DNA of 64,000 nt from the IMG/VR virus record IMGVR_UViG_3300030521_000002, positions 11,294 to 75,293 of that record. One strand, written 5' to 3'. Source of the DNA: a virus. The translations under genes were made by a program, and so were the position numbers. How positions within the stretch are numbered: position 1 is the stretch's first letter; each line of letters opens with the position of its first letter. The notes under the pieces were generated by a model, which was not told the origin of the DNA, made no database searches, and worked only from the letters and a program-made list of their open reading frames with translations. This document shows, one piece after another, positions 45,782-55,843 of this stretch.

Positions 45782-46206
45782 TTACGTTTCTTGTGCAAGG
45801 CTTTAATTTGTTGGGAGATTCCGTAGGCTTTTTCGGCTGCCGCTGTAGCGTTCCCCTCCGTCGCTACGAAGCCGCTAGCACGGAGGGCGGAAGTATCTAC
45901 CGGAACGATCGATTGGGCTTCTCGGAGCAAGCGGAGGCCCGCTACGAGCAATCCTTGGAGGATGCTCCCCGTTTGCTTGGTAACGGAGCTAGCTATCTTC
46001 CCTAAATCGGCTTGTAAGTACCTCGCGGGAGCTTCTAGGAACTTGGCTTGCTTACCGGGGGCGTGTTTAGCATCAAGGTTCTCATGGACGAAAATTCCAT
46101 AATTTTGTGTAAATCCCACGACTACTGAGGCATTAGCTTCGATTAGGGCCTTTTGCTCTAGTGCCGAGAGTTGGGTAATCAGTCCTCTGCTGCCTTCTAG
46201 GTTCAT
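45778..46206 (-). CDS. HK97 gp10-like neck/tail completion protein
   Basis: YG.FVHE, GKQAKFLE.P, VPVDTSALRAS. Confidence 0.75.
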   Translation of the reverse strand: MNLEGSRGLITQLSALEQKALIEANASVVVGFTQNYGIFVHENLDAKHAPGKQAKFLEAPARYLQADLGKIASSVTKQTGSILQGLLVAGLRLLREAQSIVPVDTSALRASGFVATEGNATAAAEKAYGISQQIKALHKKRK

Positions 46207-46532
46207 GCTGCCCTCGCTTGTTCTACATTAAACTGATTTTCCACGGCAGCTTGGCCAGTCCCCGTGCTCCACCAGCGATAGTAATAGATACCCACTAAGC
46301 TCCCATCAATGTTAAAATGGTACTCCCCGGTAGCGTCCTTCACAACCTCTACATCATCCCCGTAAGTTTTCGTGGTTTCTGTACCTTCTGGGTCTTCGTA
46401 AGTGATATGTACTATGTCTGGGTCTATTTTGGCGTCATTATTTTTAGGGTTGGTAAACACGCCAGTAACTGTGACAAGTGATCCCATCGGATAGGAATTA
46501 AATGAGCTAGCAGTACAACTCATGGTCAACAC
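46203..46532 (-). CDS. Ig/BppU-like virion protein
   Basis: DP.......P.G......DATG.YH.....G.Y.YRW.STG. Confidence 0.55.
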   Translation of the reverse strand: MLTMSCTASSFNSYPMGSLVTVTGVFTNPKNNDAKIDPDIVHITYEDPEGTETTKTYGDDVEVVKDATGEYHFNIDGSLVGIYYYRWWSTGTGQAAVENQFNVEQARAA

Positions 46533-46726
46533 GCTTCGTCGCTAGGGGTTAATTGGGTTACAACTCGATCTTCTGTAGAGCAGGCATAGGCTAGACGATT
46601 GGAGGTTGAAGCTATCGTTACTAAACTGTCACTAGCATTAAGACAAGATCTTGTTGGTAGCGTCGTAGTCGCACCCAACACGAATGGGTAGTTCAACCAA
46701 TCAGTAATCGAAACTAAGGAAATCAA
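46526..46726 (-). CDS. Hypothetical protein
   Basis: Coupled to both neighbours. Confidence 0.45.
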   Translation of the reverse strand: MISLVSITDWLNYPFVLGATTTLPTRSCLNASDSLVTIASTSNRLAYACSTEDRVVTQLTPSDEAC

Positions 46727-47268
46727 CTAGCGGCTCCTACATCATCCACGCCAGTCACCGAGGTATAAGTTTGTGTGGTATTAACCGTGGTTCCATCGGC
46801 TCGATAAGTTTTGATCGTCGTGGCATCTTTCTTATGCCGATAGAAGAAGGCTCCCCAAACTTGCATCAGCTTTCCGAGAACGGTAGTTGCTACTCCGTCA
46901 GGAACATCTCCTGACAAGTTATCTAATCCATTGGAGCTTAGCACTCCATCACTAATCTCTGCTCCCGCTACGAGTCGCTTGGAACGTAGGGTCAACCGGA
47001 CAATCCCACTAGCTCCGTTGTCGTGGATATAACTCGTAACTCCATCAGCTACATCCCCATGATTGCCAGTATTAACGCCTAGATACTTTCCTGCATAGAT
47101 TCCGGTTCCGGCAGTTAAGGTAATCTTAGTATCAGCTTCGTCTGGAGCAACCTGCCAACCAGGACCGCCCGTATTGGTAGTGTCGTTCCAAAGGTAGCCA
47201 TCCGAAGGGCGTTCCCTGGTTTCGTACAAGTCCTTGCCAGAAGGGGCGGTAATAATCGTGGTCAACAT
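46723..47268 (-). CDS. Putative virion protein
   Basis: Thr/Gly-rich; follows the fibre gene. Confidence 0.55.
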   Translation of the reverse strand: MLTTIITAPSGKDLYETRERPSDGYLWNDTTNTGGPGWQVAPDEADTKITLTAGTGIYAGKYLGVNTGNHGDVADGVTSYIHDNGASGIVRLTLRSKRLVAGAEISDGVLSSNGLDNLSGDVPDGVATTVLGKLMQVWGAFFYRHKKDATTIKTYRADGTTVNTTQTYTSVTGVDDVGAAS

Positions 47269-47269
47269 A

Positions 47270-50200
47270 TTAGAGGCTCGTTACGCTTTCCCAAACAGTT
47301 CCAGTAAATACGCAAAGCTTATGAAGAGTACTGTCGTAAACCACTAAACCTTCTGGTGGGGTACTGATAGCATTTTTTTGCGTGGTTGTTACTCGTGGTG
47401 GTAAAAATCCCTTGGTAGTCGAATCTAATTGCAGAAGCGCGACGGCGTTTGGGCCAGTGGTTCCAATCCCAACATTCCCCGTAGACGCCTGCACAGTCAT
47501 TCGGTCAGTTGAATTAGGCGCAAATGTTATGTTCTCTGTACTAGCGTTGGTAAGAAATGCCAAGCCGTTAGGAGACCCAATCGAGAAAAAGTAAGCTCTC
47601 CCATTCCACTGAGTACCAATGCCACTATTGGAAGCACAGGCAAAGGTAACCCGGCGTGAGTCACTAAACCCAAAATCCATCCCAGCTTGCTCACCACTGC
47701 CAGTTGGATTGTTGGCATTTCTAACATTGACCTGTAGACCGCCACCTGTACCGTCAACATGGAGGACATTGCTAGAGTAGTAAAAACTGGCTGACTCGCC
47801 CCAAGTGTTTGTTGAGGTAGCGTATGGGATGTAGGTAGCTGTCGCTGAATTCGGTAACTTGAGTGTGCTCCAGAGTGGGGCAGTCGTTACGCCACCGCTG
47901 CGAAGGTAAGAACCCACGGCAACATCAGCAAGCTTGGCAAGTGTATTAGCCGCACTGGCATAGATTAAATCACCAACGGCGTAGCTGGAAGGGGGTGTAG
48001 TAGCAGCCCATAAATCTAGATCAGCATCATATGCCTGAACATTCGTCCCAATAACTAGCCCCAAAGTAGTTCTTACCTGAGCAGGCGTGCGACTCGCCCA
48101 AGCGCTAGAAACGGAGACTATGAAGTTATCGGTAGTGGCTGTCAGGCCGGCAAGCGTTGTAAGATCACTGTCTAATGGCTGATAGGTAGAAGCAGCACTA
48201 GCTACTGAAAGGAAGTCAGCGTCCGTACAAGCAGTATTAAATTGAGCTAAGGTGCCTGTAATTCCTACAATGCCGGTTTGATCGCCGGTGTTGGTGCCGC
48301 TGATACTTGCCGTAGCTCCAACTGTCAGTGTAAATCCACCGGTGGCTAATGTTCCGTTACCGGTAATAACCCCAACAAGACTGAGAGCAGTTTTTTGCGC
48401 AGCTGCATCGGAGTCAGCGAGGCGTGCTAAGCCAAAGGTGCTTGGAGTGGTGCCGAAGATTGGCGATTTAGTGATCGTGCCACTGGTTTTTGCGGGATCG
48501 TACTTTACAACAGCACTGACATTCAACGAACCTCCACTCTGCACTAAGTCGTTTTTTCCGAGCGGTGTTGAAATCGCCCCAGACATGAGATTCAGTGTTC
48601 CGCCTGATACCGAAACGGCATCGTTCGTTAGTGCGGACAAGCTGAGCGTCGTGAGAAAATGCGTTCCGCTAGAACAAGAAACAACTGGCATCGCTCCGCC
48701 CAAATCCTCGAAGTGATCAATGTCAAGATGCGTTGTTGGAGATCCGCCGCCAAGCAGCAAAAGGGGAGAGTCTTCAGTATTCCCTGTAATCTTCTGAATC
48801 GTCAGCCATGCCTCCAGGTTGTTGCTCCCAAATTGGTTTCTGATCTGAACCACAGGGCCGCTTGACGCAATCGACTCGACCTTATCAGCCTTCAAATAGG
48901 CTTTAGTTGCGCCAGAAGTTCCGTAAATACTAATTCCCGTTCCCTCTGATCCGCCGACAATATATTTTGCTTCAATCCAAGCACGGCAGACACCGGTACC
49001 ACCAACACTAACCGCATCTCCATTTGCAGAGCTGACCTCGTCGGCGTTTACCCAGATAAAGCCACTTTCACTACTGGATGTTCCAACCGCATATAAACCA
49101 ATTCCACGGACGATAATCCGCTGGCATGAAATAAACATGGGGCCACGTTCCCAATAAACCCCCCAATCACCAGTTGATAAGTTCGTCAGTATCTCTTGAC
49201 ATTCGAAGATCGTATCACCTTCTTTTTGGAAGATGGCGCCTGAATTCGCGGAGTACATGCTGCGGCAATTGCACCTGATTACCGTGCTTGAATTCTCGAT
49301 TCTGAAAACTTGACCGCCGTGATTCAAAAGGCCAGATGCACTTCCCTCATTGCTTAGTTTTCCAAATCCGCCAATCTTGAACGAGATTGCGCTGCCGGCA
49401 TCATCAAATAATGCTGTGGTAAGGCTAGTGCCAGTTCGCTTAATCTCGGCATTTGATGACAGCCACCAGTCGATACCATTCTTCGCTAGGTTGGAGTCCA
49501 CAACTTCAGCGATGGAATTCAGGTAAATTATGTCGCCGGATGCGGCAGCATTCTTAGCCGAAATTAACACTGTCCCCCTTGCTGTGTCTGTATCCGCAGC
49601 TGCGTCGTAGGCGGTAGAGGTGCCGTCTTTGTGAACGACCACACATGTAGCCGAGGGATAAGCGGCAAGGGTTGTGCGCGCTGCTGCTGCGTCGGCATCG
49701 TCAACTAGCGTGCGACCAAAAGCCGAAAAGTCCGCTAAAGCAGCAGTTCCACTTCCCGTGAAATAAGGGAGTTTATTTGCTGCTGAAGTTAGTCCGCCGA
49801 GTGCTGAGAGTTCAGCGTCTAACGGCTGGAATCCTGCCGCAACATAAGCACTGACCGCTTGGACGCTAGGGTAGAGCGTGTTGTTGAGCGTAACGAATGA
49901 GGTTGCCTTGTTGGCAACATTCTCTGGAACATAGCTGTAGGTAGCAGGAATAAGTGCCCAATTACCAGCCGTTTGTCCTGGTGTATCAGCGATAGCTCGA
50001 ATTGAACTGCCGATAGTAACGCCAACTCCTCCCAATGTTCCAGCAACGCTGATAAACCACAAATCACCTTTGAGGATTGCTCCACTTGTCCCGCTCCCAC
50101 CGGATGCTGGAAATGTATTCACCGAAGCATCGTAGCTACCACGATCATCGAGCAATCCCACCACTAGACTATCGGCGTACGTATGAACAAAGGCAGTCGT

Positions 50201-50593
50201 GGCTAACTTGGTGGAACTATCCGAGGATGTAAGAGTCGGGGCTGCTGGAGTTCCGGTAAACGTAGGAGAGGCTAGGTTGGCTTTGAGATCAAGGGCGGTT
50301 TGTTGGGCTGTACTGACAGGCTTTCCAACATCCGAAGTATTATCGGCGCTGCCTAATCCCACTTGTGTCTTAGTAACGCTGTGTGGATTCGAGGTGTTAC
50401 CAGTATGGGTTGCAAGTGCCGTGGAAGCATTGGAGGCCACTAGGGCGTCAGCTGTAGCTTGGGCAGTACTGACGGGTTTGGAAGAATCCGCCACATTGTC
50501 TACATTTCCTAGACCTACGTCACCCTTGTTGAGAGTTACGTCATCGGTCTTGCCAGCAACACTTGTTACCGGAGGATAGTTACCAACACCCAT
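47270..50593 (-). CDS. Tail fibre / receptor-binding protein
   Basis: Fibre repeats VGLG.(V/A)DN...[29 protein letters not shown]; C-terminal GNVGIGTT and [10 protein letters not shown]. Confidence 0.8.
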   Translation of the reverse strand: MGVGNYPPVTSVAGKTDDVTLNKGDVGLGNVDNVADSSKPVSTAQATADALVASNASTALATHTGNTSNPHSVTKTQVGLGSADNTSDVGKPVSTAQQTALDLKANLASPTFTGTPAAPTLTSSDSSTKLATTAFVHTYADSLVVGLLDDRGSYDASVNTFPASGGSGTSGAILKGDLWFISVAGTLGGVGVTIGSSIRAIADTPGQTAGNWALIPATYSYVPENVANKATSFVTLNNTLYPSVQAVSAYVAAGFQPLDAELSALGGLTSAANKLPYFTGSGTAALADFSAFGRTLVDDADAAAARTTLAAYPSATCVVVHKDGTSTAYDAAADTDTARGTVLISAKNAAASGDIIYLNSIAEVVDSNLAKNGIDWWLSSNAEIKRTGTSLTTALFDDAGSAISFKIGGFGKLSNEGSASGLLNHGGQVFRIENSSTVIRCNCRSMYSANSGAIFQKEGDTIFECQEILTNLSTGDWGVYWERGPMFISCQRIIVRGIGLYAVGTSSSESGFIWVNADEVSSANGDAVSVGGTGVCRAWIEAKYIVGGSEGTGISIYGTSGATKAYLKADKVESIASSGPVVQIRNQFGSNNLEAWLTIQKITGNTEDSPLLLLGGGSPTTHLDIDHFEDLGGAMPVVSCSSGTHFLTTLSLSALTNDAVSVSGGTLNLMSGAISTPLGKNDLVQSGGSLNVSAVVKYDPAKTSGTITKSPIFGTTPSTFGLARLADSDAAAQKTALSLVGVITGNGTLATGGFTLTVGATASISGTNTGDQTGIVGITGTLAQFNTACTDADFLSVASAASTYQPLDSDLTTLAGLTATTDNFIVSVSSAWASRTPAQVRTTLGLVIGTNVQAYDADLDLWAATTPPSSYAVGDLIYASAANTLAKLADVAVGSYLRSGGVTTAPLWSTLKLPNSATATYIPYATSTNTWGESASFYYSSNVLHVDGTGGGLQVNVRNANNPTGSGEQAGMDFGFSDSRRVTFACASNSGIGTQWNGRAYFFSIGSPNGLAFLTNASTENITFAPNSTDRMTVQASTGNVGIGTTGPNAVALLQLDSTTKGFLPPRVTTTQKNAISTPPEGLVVYDSTLHKLCVFTGTVWESVTSL

Positions 50594-50674
50594 TACTTAT
50601 TCCTTATTAAAACCACTGGCCCCTTGATAGAAGCCAGTGGCCCCCAACGAGGCGGAACCCACCGAAGCTCCCGC

Positions 50675-51151
50675 CTATTTCTTACCTTCAAACGCGGTTG
50701 TTTTATTAACCTCAGCAACAAGACTCTCCAAATCAACAGGTTCTTCTTTGGCTACTGCTACCGCAATCAGCAAACATACACCTTGAAACAACCCATTTGG
50801 GATACAAACTTGCTTAAGGATTTGATCCCCATATCGCCTCTCGATTTCCAAAGCGAGTTCTCGATCTGATAGTTGCCTACCGATCCTTTGGTAAAACCTG
50901 CGTAACTCATTCGATAATTCCTTCATCCATAATTTGGCATCGTTTGAAATTTCTACGGGCGAGTTCAGGGTTGCAATTCCCTTTTGGATCGCTTCGGAAA
51001 CTGCCCTCCGCATCAGGAAGTCCCACATCGTCTCTACCCGCACCTCCATCCGACTAAACTTGGCTATAACAAAGGTGAGCATCCCACCAACGGAGATAAA
51101 TGTTCCCAAGATCGTACAAACAATTGCAATTTGTTCTCCAGTCAACGTCAA
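50675..51151 (-). CDS. Single-TM membrane protein
   Basis: N-terminal TM, then AKFSRMEVRVETMWD. Confidence 0.6.
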   Translation of the reverse strand: MTLTGEQIAIVCTILGTFISVGGMLTFVIAKFSRMEVRVETMWDFLMRRAVSEAIQKGIATLNSPVEISNDAKLWMKELSNELRRFYQRIGRQLSDRELALEIERRYGDQILKQVCIPNGLFQGVCLLIAVAVAKEEPVDLESLVAEVNKTTAFEGKK

Positions 51152-51591
51152 TTCTTTACCCGCCTTACAACTGCTAACACATGCACCCCTGTTTTAGGAA
51201 TAACCATTGGTGCTAATTTGATTTGGATTTGAAAGTTGGTCCCATTCCGATGGAGCCCTTCTAGGACTTGCCCGGTTCCCATCTCCCGAGTTCCAGGGGC
51301 ATTAAAGAACCCTGTTCGATGGTCAATATGTTTTTCTCGAAGCTGATTAGGAATCAACATCTCAATCTCTTGTCCCAACACTTCCTGTCGATCGTAACCA
51401 AACATTAGTTCAGCTTGTACATTAAAGACAATTACTCTGCCATCTTCATTGATGACAATCTTAGCATCCGGCGAAGCTTCCACGATCTTGAGATAGATCG
51501 CCTCTACCTGCCCTAAATCACAAATAGGTTCCCTATGAGTAATCTCTGGCTCAAGGGTCGTTTCCCCTGATTGATTGTCAGTTTCTGTCAT
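51148..51591 (-). CDS. Stand-alone PAS domain protein
   Basis: IVEASPDA.IVINEDGR...FN.QAE.MFGY...E.LGQ.IEMLIP...G.HRNG. Confidence 0.9.
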   Translation of the reverse strand: MTETDNQSGETTLEPEITHREPICDLGQVEAIYLKIVEASPDAKIVINEDGRVIVFNVQAELMFGYDRQEVLGQEIEMLIPNQLREKHIDHRTGFFNAPGTREMGTGQVLEGLHRNGTNFQIQIKLAPMVIPKTGVHVLAVVRRVKN

Positions 51592-51615
51592 GCTTTACTC
51601 GTCTCTATCTGTTGT

Positions 51616-51765
51616 CTATTTTCCTAACAACAAAAACACCCCAGCAGCAATCGCCAAGCAACCGACGATTACCCCAGCAAAGGCTACGGTAATGTTGGTT
51701 ACGGCAAGGATACCTACCAGGATCAAGTACAAGCAAAGCAGAATCATTCCAATTGACTTAGCCAT
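51616..51765 (-). CDS. 49-aa two-TM membrane protein
   Basis: Hand translation MAKSIGMILLCLYLILVGILAVTNITVAFAGVIVGCLAIAAGVFLLLGK. Confidence 0.65.
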   Translation of the reverse strand: MAKSIGMILLCLYLILVGILAVTNITVAFAGVIVGCLAIAAGVFLLLGK

Positions 51766-51780
51766 CTGACACCAGCTTTC

Positions 51781-53493
51781 TTAATCGTCGTTGGTGATAG
51801 TTCCATTACCGATTGCATTCCCTAACTGCCCATTGACGGGGTTGGTGAGAACAAGGGTAAATGTTTCATTGGTTTCGTTCGTCGTGTCACCAATAGCCAA
51901 GACATTTACCGTCTTGCTAGTTTGCCCAGCAGCAAAAGTTACGTCCCCACTGGTTGCTACATAATCTCCACCCGTAGCTGTTCCGTTAGCCGTGGCATAA
52001 TGCACAACCACTTGTTGTGTGGAAGGGGCCGAGAGGGTAATCGCAAAGGCTAGTTGACCGGCTGGGGTGGTTCCTGAGCTACCTCCACTTAGGGCAGGCA
52101 ATGGAACAGGACTTAGCAGATTCTTGGTTGAGCTGGAAATCTGCGTATTGTTATCAAGCGGCCACCAGGACCAATCGACGTCGTTGGTGTCCATGTAGCT
52201 CACGAGCGCGTTGAGCCATTGACCGGACTTGCCCGAGGTATTGAGCGTGCCGAATTCACCAACCCAAATCGGTGCGATGTTCTGCTTTTCCAAGTAGCCC
52301 CACATCTTGTCCCAATAGGCAGGCATGTTGTTGGGGAACGCCGACGAATTGAAGGGACCAATGGCAAACTCGTCCGGCCCGTAATCATGGGGACTATAAA
52401 CAAGTCGATTAGCGATGTTGAGCACAATTGGATTATTCCCAGCTTGGGTTAGGTCACCGCCCCACCAGCTATCTTGGACTGACCCTACCCCTTCTACAAT
52501 GATCAGCCAATTTGGGGCTTGGGCTAGTACAGCATTACCGGCCTTTTGAGCAGCGGTCTTCCAACTCGACCAGGAGGCTTGGCCATGAGGTTCGTTATGC
52601 AAGTCAGCCCCGATTACGGCAGGTGAGTTTTTGTACCTTGCTGCTAACATTGACCAATCATTGACCCAACCCTGCTCGGTGTAAGAACCGTCGTACCACA
52701 ACCCTGATTCTTGGGCGGATTCCCCATTATTGGAGCGATGATGGTCAAGAATCACCCGCATCCCAATTTGACCTGCGTAATTGATGGCATTATCCAACTT
52801 GGTCATGTTGGCTGAGCTGGTCAGGAATTGGGAAGAGTAAGGCAAGCGGATCGTGTTGAACCCTTGAGATTTGGCTTGATCCATCTTCTGGTTAATGTTC
52901 GATGGCATTCCGCTAGGTGTTTCAGCTCCATAGATAGCAATTGCATTCAGGTCAATGACTCGATTCTGACTATCCAGAATCTTATTTCCGCTCGTATGCA
53001 AAGCCGTGCTGGAAGAACCTGTGGTCGTATTGCCACCCTCAACAGCAGTTGCATTTCCCACGGAAATAATCGGGTTGTCTACTGGAGGTGGGTCAACAAC
53101 CACCCCGTCATCATTTTTAATTGTGCCGGCACCGCGACTATCAGTGATGAGGATTCCCCGAGCAGCAGAAATATCCAAGTAGAACTGCTCATCTTGTTCA
53201 ACAACCATATCTCCTTTGACACCAATCGTAACCAGAGCTTGTGTTTTACCTTGGGGAATCGTGACCGATCCTAAGTTGCCTAGATAGTCATTTTGCCAAT
53301 TGGCCGTCCCACCCGTAGTATGCCAATTGATCTTCGTGTTAGAAGCAGCGGGAGCGCTGAGCGTAATGGGAAACACCATCAATTGTGTACCTGAATTGCC
53401 TTCCAAGACACTAGCGTCCCCTACCGCAGCAGATAACACCCTGCGCTCTTCGAGATACTCGCCCAGCAGCTTCTTGCCAAAGTTTCTTCTCAT
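51781..53493 (-). CDS. GH5 endoglucanase flanked by Calx-beta domains, Planctomycete-type leader
   Basis: FNTIRLP, ILDHH, LHNEPH (acid/base), YSPHDY, WVGEFG (nucleophile); Calx-beta I.NDD ends; EYLEERRVLSA. Confidence 0.9.
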   Translation of the reverse strand: MRRNFGKKLLGEYLEERRVLSAAVGDASVLEGNSGTQLMVFPITLSAPAASNTKINWHTTGGTANWQNDYLGNLGSVTIPQGKTQALVTIGVKGDMVVEQDEQFYLDISAARGILITDSRGAGTIKNDDGVVVDPPPVDNPIISVGNATAVEGGNTTTGSSSTALHTSGNKILDSQNRVIDLNAIAIYGAETPSGMPSNINQKMDQAKSQGFNTIRLPYSSQFLTSSANMTKLDNAINYAGQIGMRVILDHHRSNNGESAQESGLWYDGSYTEQGWVNDWSMLAARYKNSPAVIGADLHNEPHGQASWSSWKTAAQKAGNAVLAQAPNWLIIVEGVGSVQDSWWGGDLTQAGNNPIVLNIANRLVYSPHDYGPDEFAIGPFNSSAFPNNMPAYWDKMWGYLEKQNIAPIWVGEFGTLNTSGKSGQWLNALVSYMDTNDVDWSWWPLDNNTQISSSTKNLLSPVPLPALSGGSSGTTPAGQLAFAITLSAPSTQQVVVHYATANGTATGGDYVATSGDVTFAAGQTSKTVNVLAIGDTTNETNETFTLVLTNPVNGQLGNAIGNGTITNDD

Positions 53494-53517
53494 AGTTCTA
53501 GCTCCTTGAGAATTGGG

Positions 53518-53835
53518 TTATTTAATCTGCTTGTAAAGTAGTTCACCCTTGGGATTCACCAGCCACCTGAATTCATGGCCCTCGCGGACAACTCTCATAT
53601 TATCAGTCGGTTCCCAAAAGACTGGTGTATTCATTAGGCTGGTTTCACCACCATACTCAATCCAATCACTGTCTTTAATTTCGATGTGTGAGATTTGGAT
53701 AGCAGACTTAGGTTGGTCTACAATTGCTTGCTTACCCCAGTGCATGATCCAACCGATACCTAAGCACACTAAAACAGTACCAACGATAGCTAAACCTTTA
53801 GGCTTGCCATGTGGTTCATCAATTGTGTCTACCAT
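53518..53835 (-). CDS. Membrane-anchored protein
   Basis: One TM segment. Confidence 0.55.
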   Translation of the reverse strand: MVDTIDEPHGKPKGLAIVGTVLVCLGIGWIMHWGKQAIVDQPKSAIQISHIEIKDSDWIEYGGETSLMNTPVFWEPTDNMRVVREGHEFRWLVNPKGELLYKQIK

Positions 53836-54080
53836 TAGTCGCTATTCTCCAATTTGGCCCTGAGTCGAATCAATTCTTCGTGATGATCTGAGAGTTGTTT
53901 TCGGTGAGTTCGTAGTTCATTCCAAATCAGCTTGTGGTCAGAGCTGTTGTTATCCCACAACATACCGATTCGAGTTTCCATACGAGTCAGTTTTGCTGAG
54001 AGATGCCAACAAGCCCCGAACACAGCCGATACCATTGCCGAGGAAAGGCCAACGAGAGCGATCCAATCGTGCGCAGTCAT
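53835..54080 (-). CDS. Single-TM coiled-coil protein
   Basis: TM then AKLTRMETRIGMLWD; resembles 50675-51151. Confidence 0.6.
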   Translation of the reverse strand: MTAHDWIALVGLSSAMVSAVFGACWHLSAKLTRMETRIGMLWDNNSSDHKLIWNELRTHRKQLSDHHEELIRLRAKLENSD

Positions 54081-54128
54081 GTGACATACTCTTGGTGCCT
54101 CATTCGCCTAGTAATAAGGAAGAGAAAT

Positions 54129-54449
54129 TTACTTCTCTTCTGGAACGCCTGCCGTCACATTCAAAGCCACGGCCTTGCCACCGAGGACTTCAATATCCAA
54201 CACTCCACCGATGGCTTCCACCCCAGCCCCCACGTCAGCATCAGCACTAACTTGGACTTGGGCCACACCGAGCTTACCCGTCGTTACAGCAGATGCAGCC
54301 AGACCATCAGTAGCTACTTCCAACGTAATCACACTCTCATCCGAGCTAACCCAAGTTGGTACGCCATCCACTTTGGCAGGATTGCCAGCAGCGTCTACGG
54401 GGTTTACAGCAATACCAACCTTCTGAGTTGCGGTCAATGCAAGGGACAT
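54129..54449 (-). CDS. Ig-like domain protein
   Basis: D..GNPA....P.W.SSDESV...G.A.V.V. Confidence 0.75.
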   Translation of the reverse strand: MSLALTATQKVGIAVNPVDAAGNPAKVDGVPTWVSSDESVITLEVATDGLAASAVTTGKLGVAQVQVSADADVGAGVEAIGGVLDIEVLGGKAVALNVTAGVPEEK

Positions 54450-54461
54450 AGCACTTACTCC

Positions 54462-54671
54462 TTAGATACGAGAAGAAACAGGACCGATACGAAATTCCAG
54501 CCTACCTTTAGGCTTGGGTAAACTTTCTACTTTGAGGTAATACCAAGTCGTGGGAAAGAACCAACCAATCGTAGTATGGGACAAGTTGAGAATCTTGTAC
54601 TTCTCTCGGTTGGTATACAGTCTGAGCCATTGCTCATAGGTATCGTAATTGGTGGTTTGTTTGATAATCAT
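54462..54671 (-). CDS. Hypothetical protein
   Basis: 69 aa, coupled to the upstream gene. Confidence 0.5.
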   Translation of the reverse strand: MIIKQTTNYDTYEQWLRLYTNREKYKILNLSHTTIGWFFPTTWYYLKVESLPKPKGRLEFRIGPVSSRI

Positions 54672-55081
54672 TGTTCTGCTATTCGATGGGATTCACACAG
54701 ACGGGAGAGCTTTTGGCCGTTCTCTAATTTGCGAGTAATCCACCAATTAACTAAAGCGGCTACTGCTGTAACCACGATCGCTTGGAGAATCCAGGTAAAC
54801 AACATCCCCATCGTAATGACCATGATGAACCCATAGTCTTGCTTACGTTCCTTCATCCTCTGCAATACAATGGGCTTGATCCGCTCGGCCAAGTGGCATT
54901 TGACGACTTCTGGTTCCATGCCTTCATAATCCGGCAACCACTTATCGATACCCGTCTCAGTTGCCAGTTCAATCGCTTTTCGATGCTTGCGCAAACGGCT
55001 CGTGTCTTTGGGGTCGCCACTCCAAGAGGCCATCCGATAAACTTCACTGACAATCTGGGATTTCTCTTCAGCGTCGTTCAT
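54668..55081 (-). CDS. Membrane protein
   Basis: YGF followed by a C-terminal TM. Confidence 0.6.
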   Translation of the reverse strand: MNDAEEKSQIVSEVYRMASWSGDPKDTSRLRKHRKAIELATETGIDKWLPDYEGMEPEVVKCHLAERIKPIVLQRMKERKQDYGFIMVITMGMLFTWILQAIVVTAVAALVNWWITRKLENGQKLSRLCESHRIAEQ

Positions 55082-55509
55082 ACCTTAGGTTCCTCCTTCA
55101 CAAACACACCCTGACTCCAGAAGGTTGTTACCATCGCGTCAATGGCCCCTGAAGCAAAGGACATGAGCAGGGCTTTCATATACCTGGCAATCCAGTTCTC
55201 CAACATTTGGGGAATCACTGGAATTTGGATAACCCCTACAACCACATCGAAGAACTTGCTCAGCATGGTCATTGCCGCCGCTTTCTTCTCGGGCTTGGAT
55301 AAGTCCCCAAATTCGGCTTGCAAGAGGGCTACTACTTCGCCTATAGCGATTTGCATAAGCCTCCAAGCCGCTCCGATAGCCATTCGCTCGACTTTGGAGA
55401 TAGGGACCTTCAAAGCCTCTAAGCGGGCCTCCAGACGCACCCAAATCGAATCTAGGGTGGGTTGGGGAACTACCGGAACCGGGGCGGGAGTTGGAATGGG
55501 ATCAGCCAT
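55078..55509 (-). CDS. Helical protein, holin-like
   Basis: LS.PEKK..A motif; amphipathic helices. Confidence 0.45.
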   Translation of the reverse strand: MADPIPTPAPVPVVPQPTLDSIWVRLEARLEALKVPISKVERMAIGAAWRLMQIAIGEVVALLQAEFGDLSKPEKKAAAMTMLSKFFDVVVGVIQIPVIPQMLENWIARYMKALLMSFASGAIDAMVTTFWSQGVFVKEEPKV

Positions 55510-55843
55510 CTTGTTTCTCCTTGAATCGGATGTATCCTCTAATCCTTACAGGACATTGACCAGCAGCATTGTCTATTGTGCCGCTTGGGTTCCATTCTTG
55601 AACCATCAATTCCCGACCATCCTTTAAGTCAATAATCTGTTCTGGAACTGGGGAGAGAGCGTTGAATGTTTCTCTCAGTGGGAACTTATCTAGATCAACC
55701 AACTGATGAGTTCGATAAGCAATGTTTCCAAGATGGCTGCTTTCGACAATCTTCTGGTCATTAAGGGGAGGAAAATCTGGATCGACCATGCTATATCTCC
55801 TAGTGTCTTCTCGTTTTACGCTTATAACCATCAATATCGCCAC
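55502..55843 (-). CDS. Hypothetical protein
   Basis: 113 aa. Confidence 0.45.
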   Translation of the reverse strand: MAILMVISVKREDTRRYSMVDPDFPPLNDQKIVESSHLGNIAYRTHQLVDLDKFPLRETFNALSPVPEQIIDLKDGRELMVQEWNPSGTIDNAAGQCPVRIRGYIRFKEKQDG

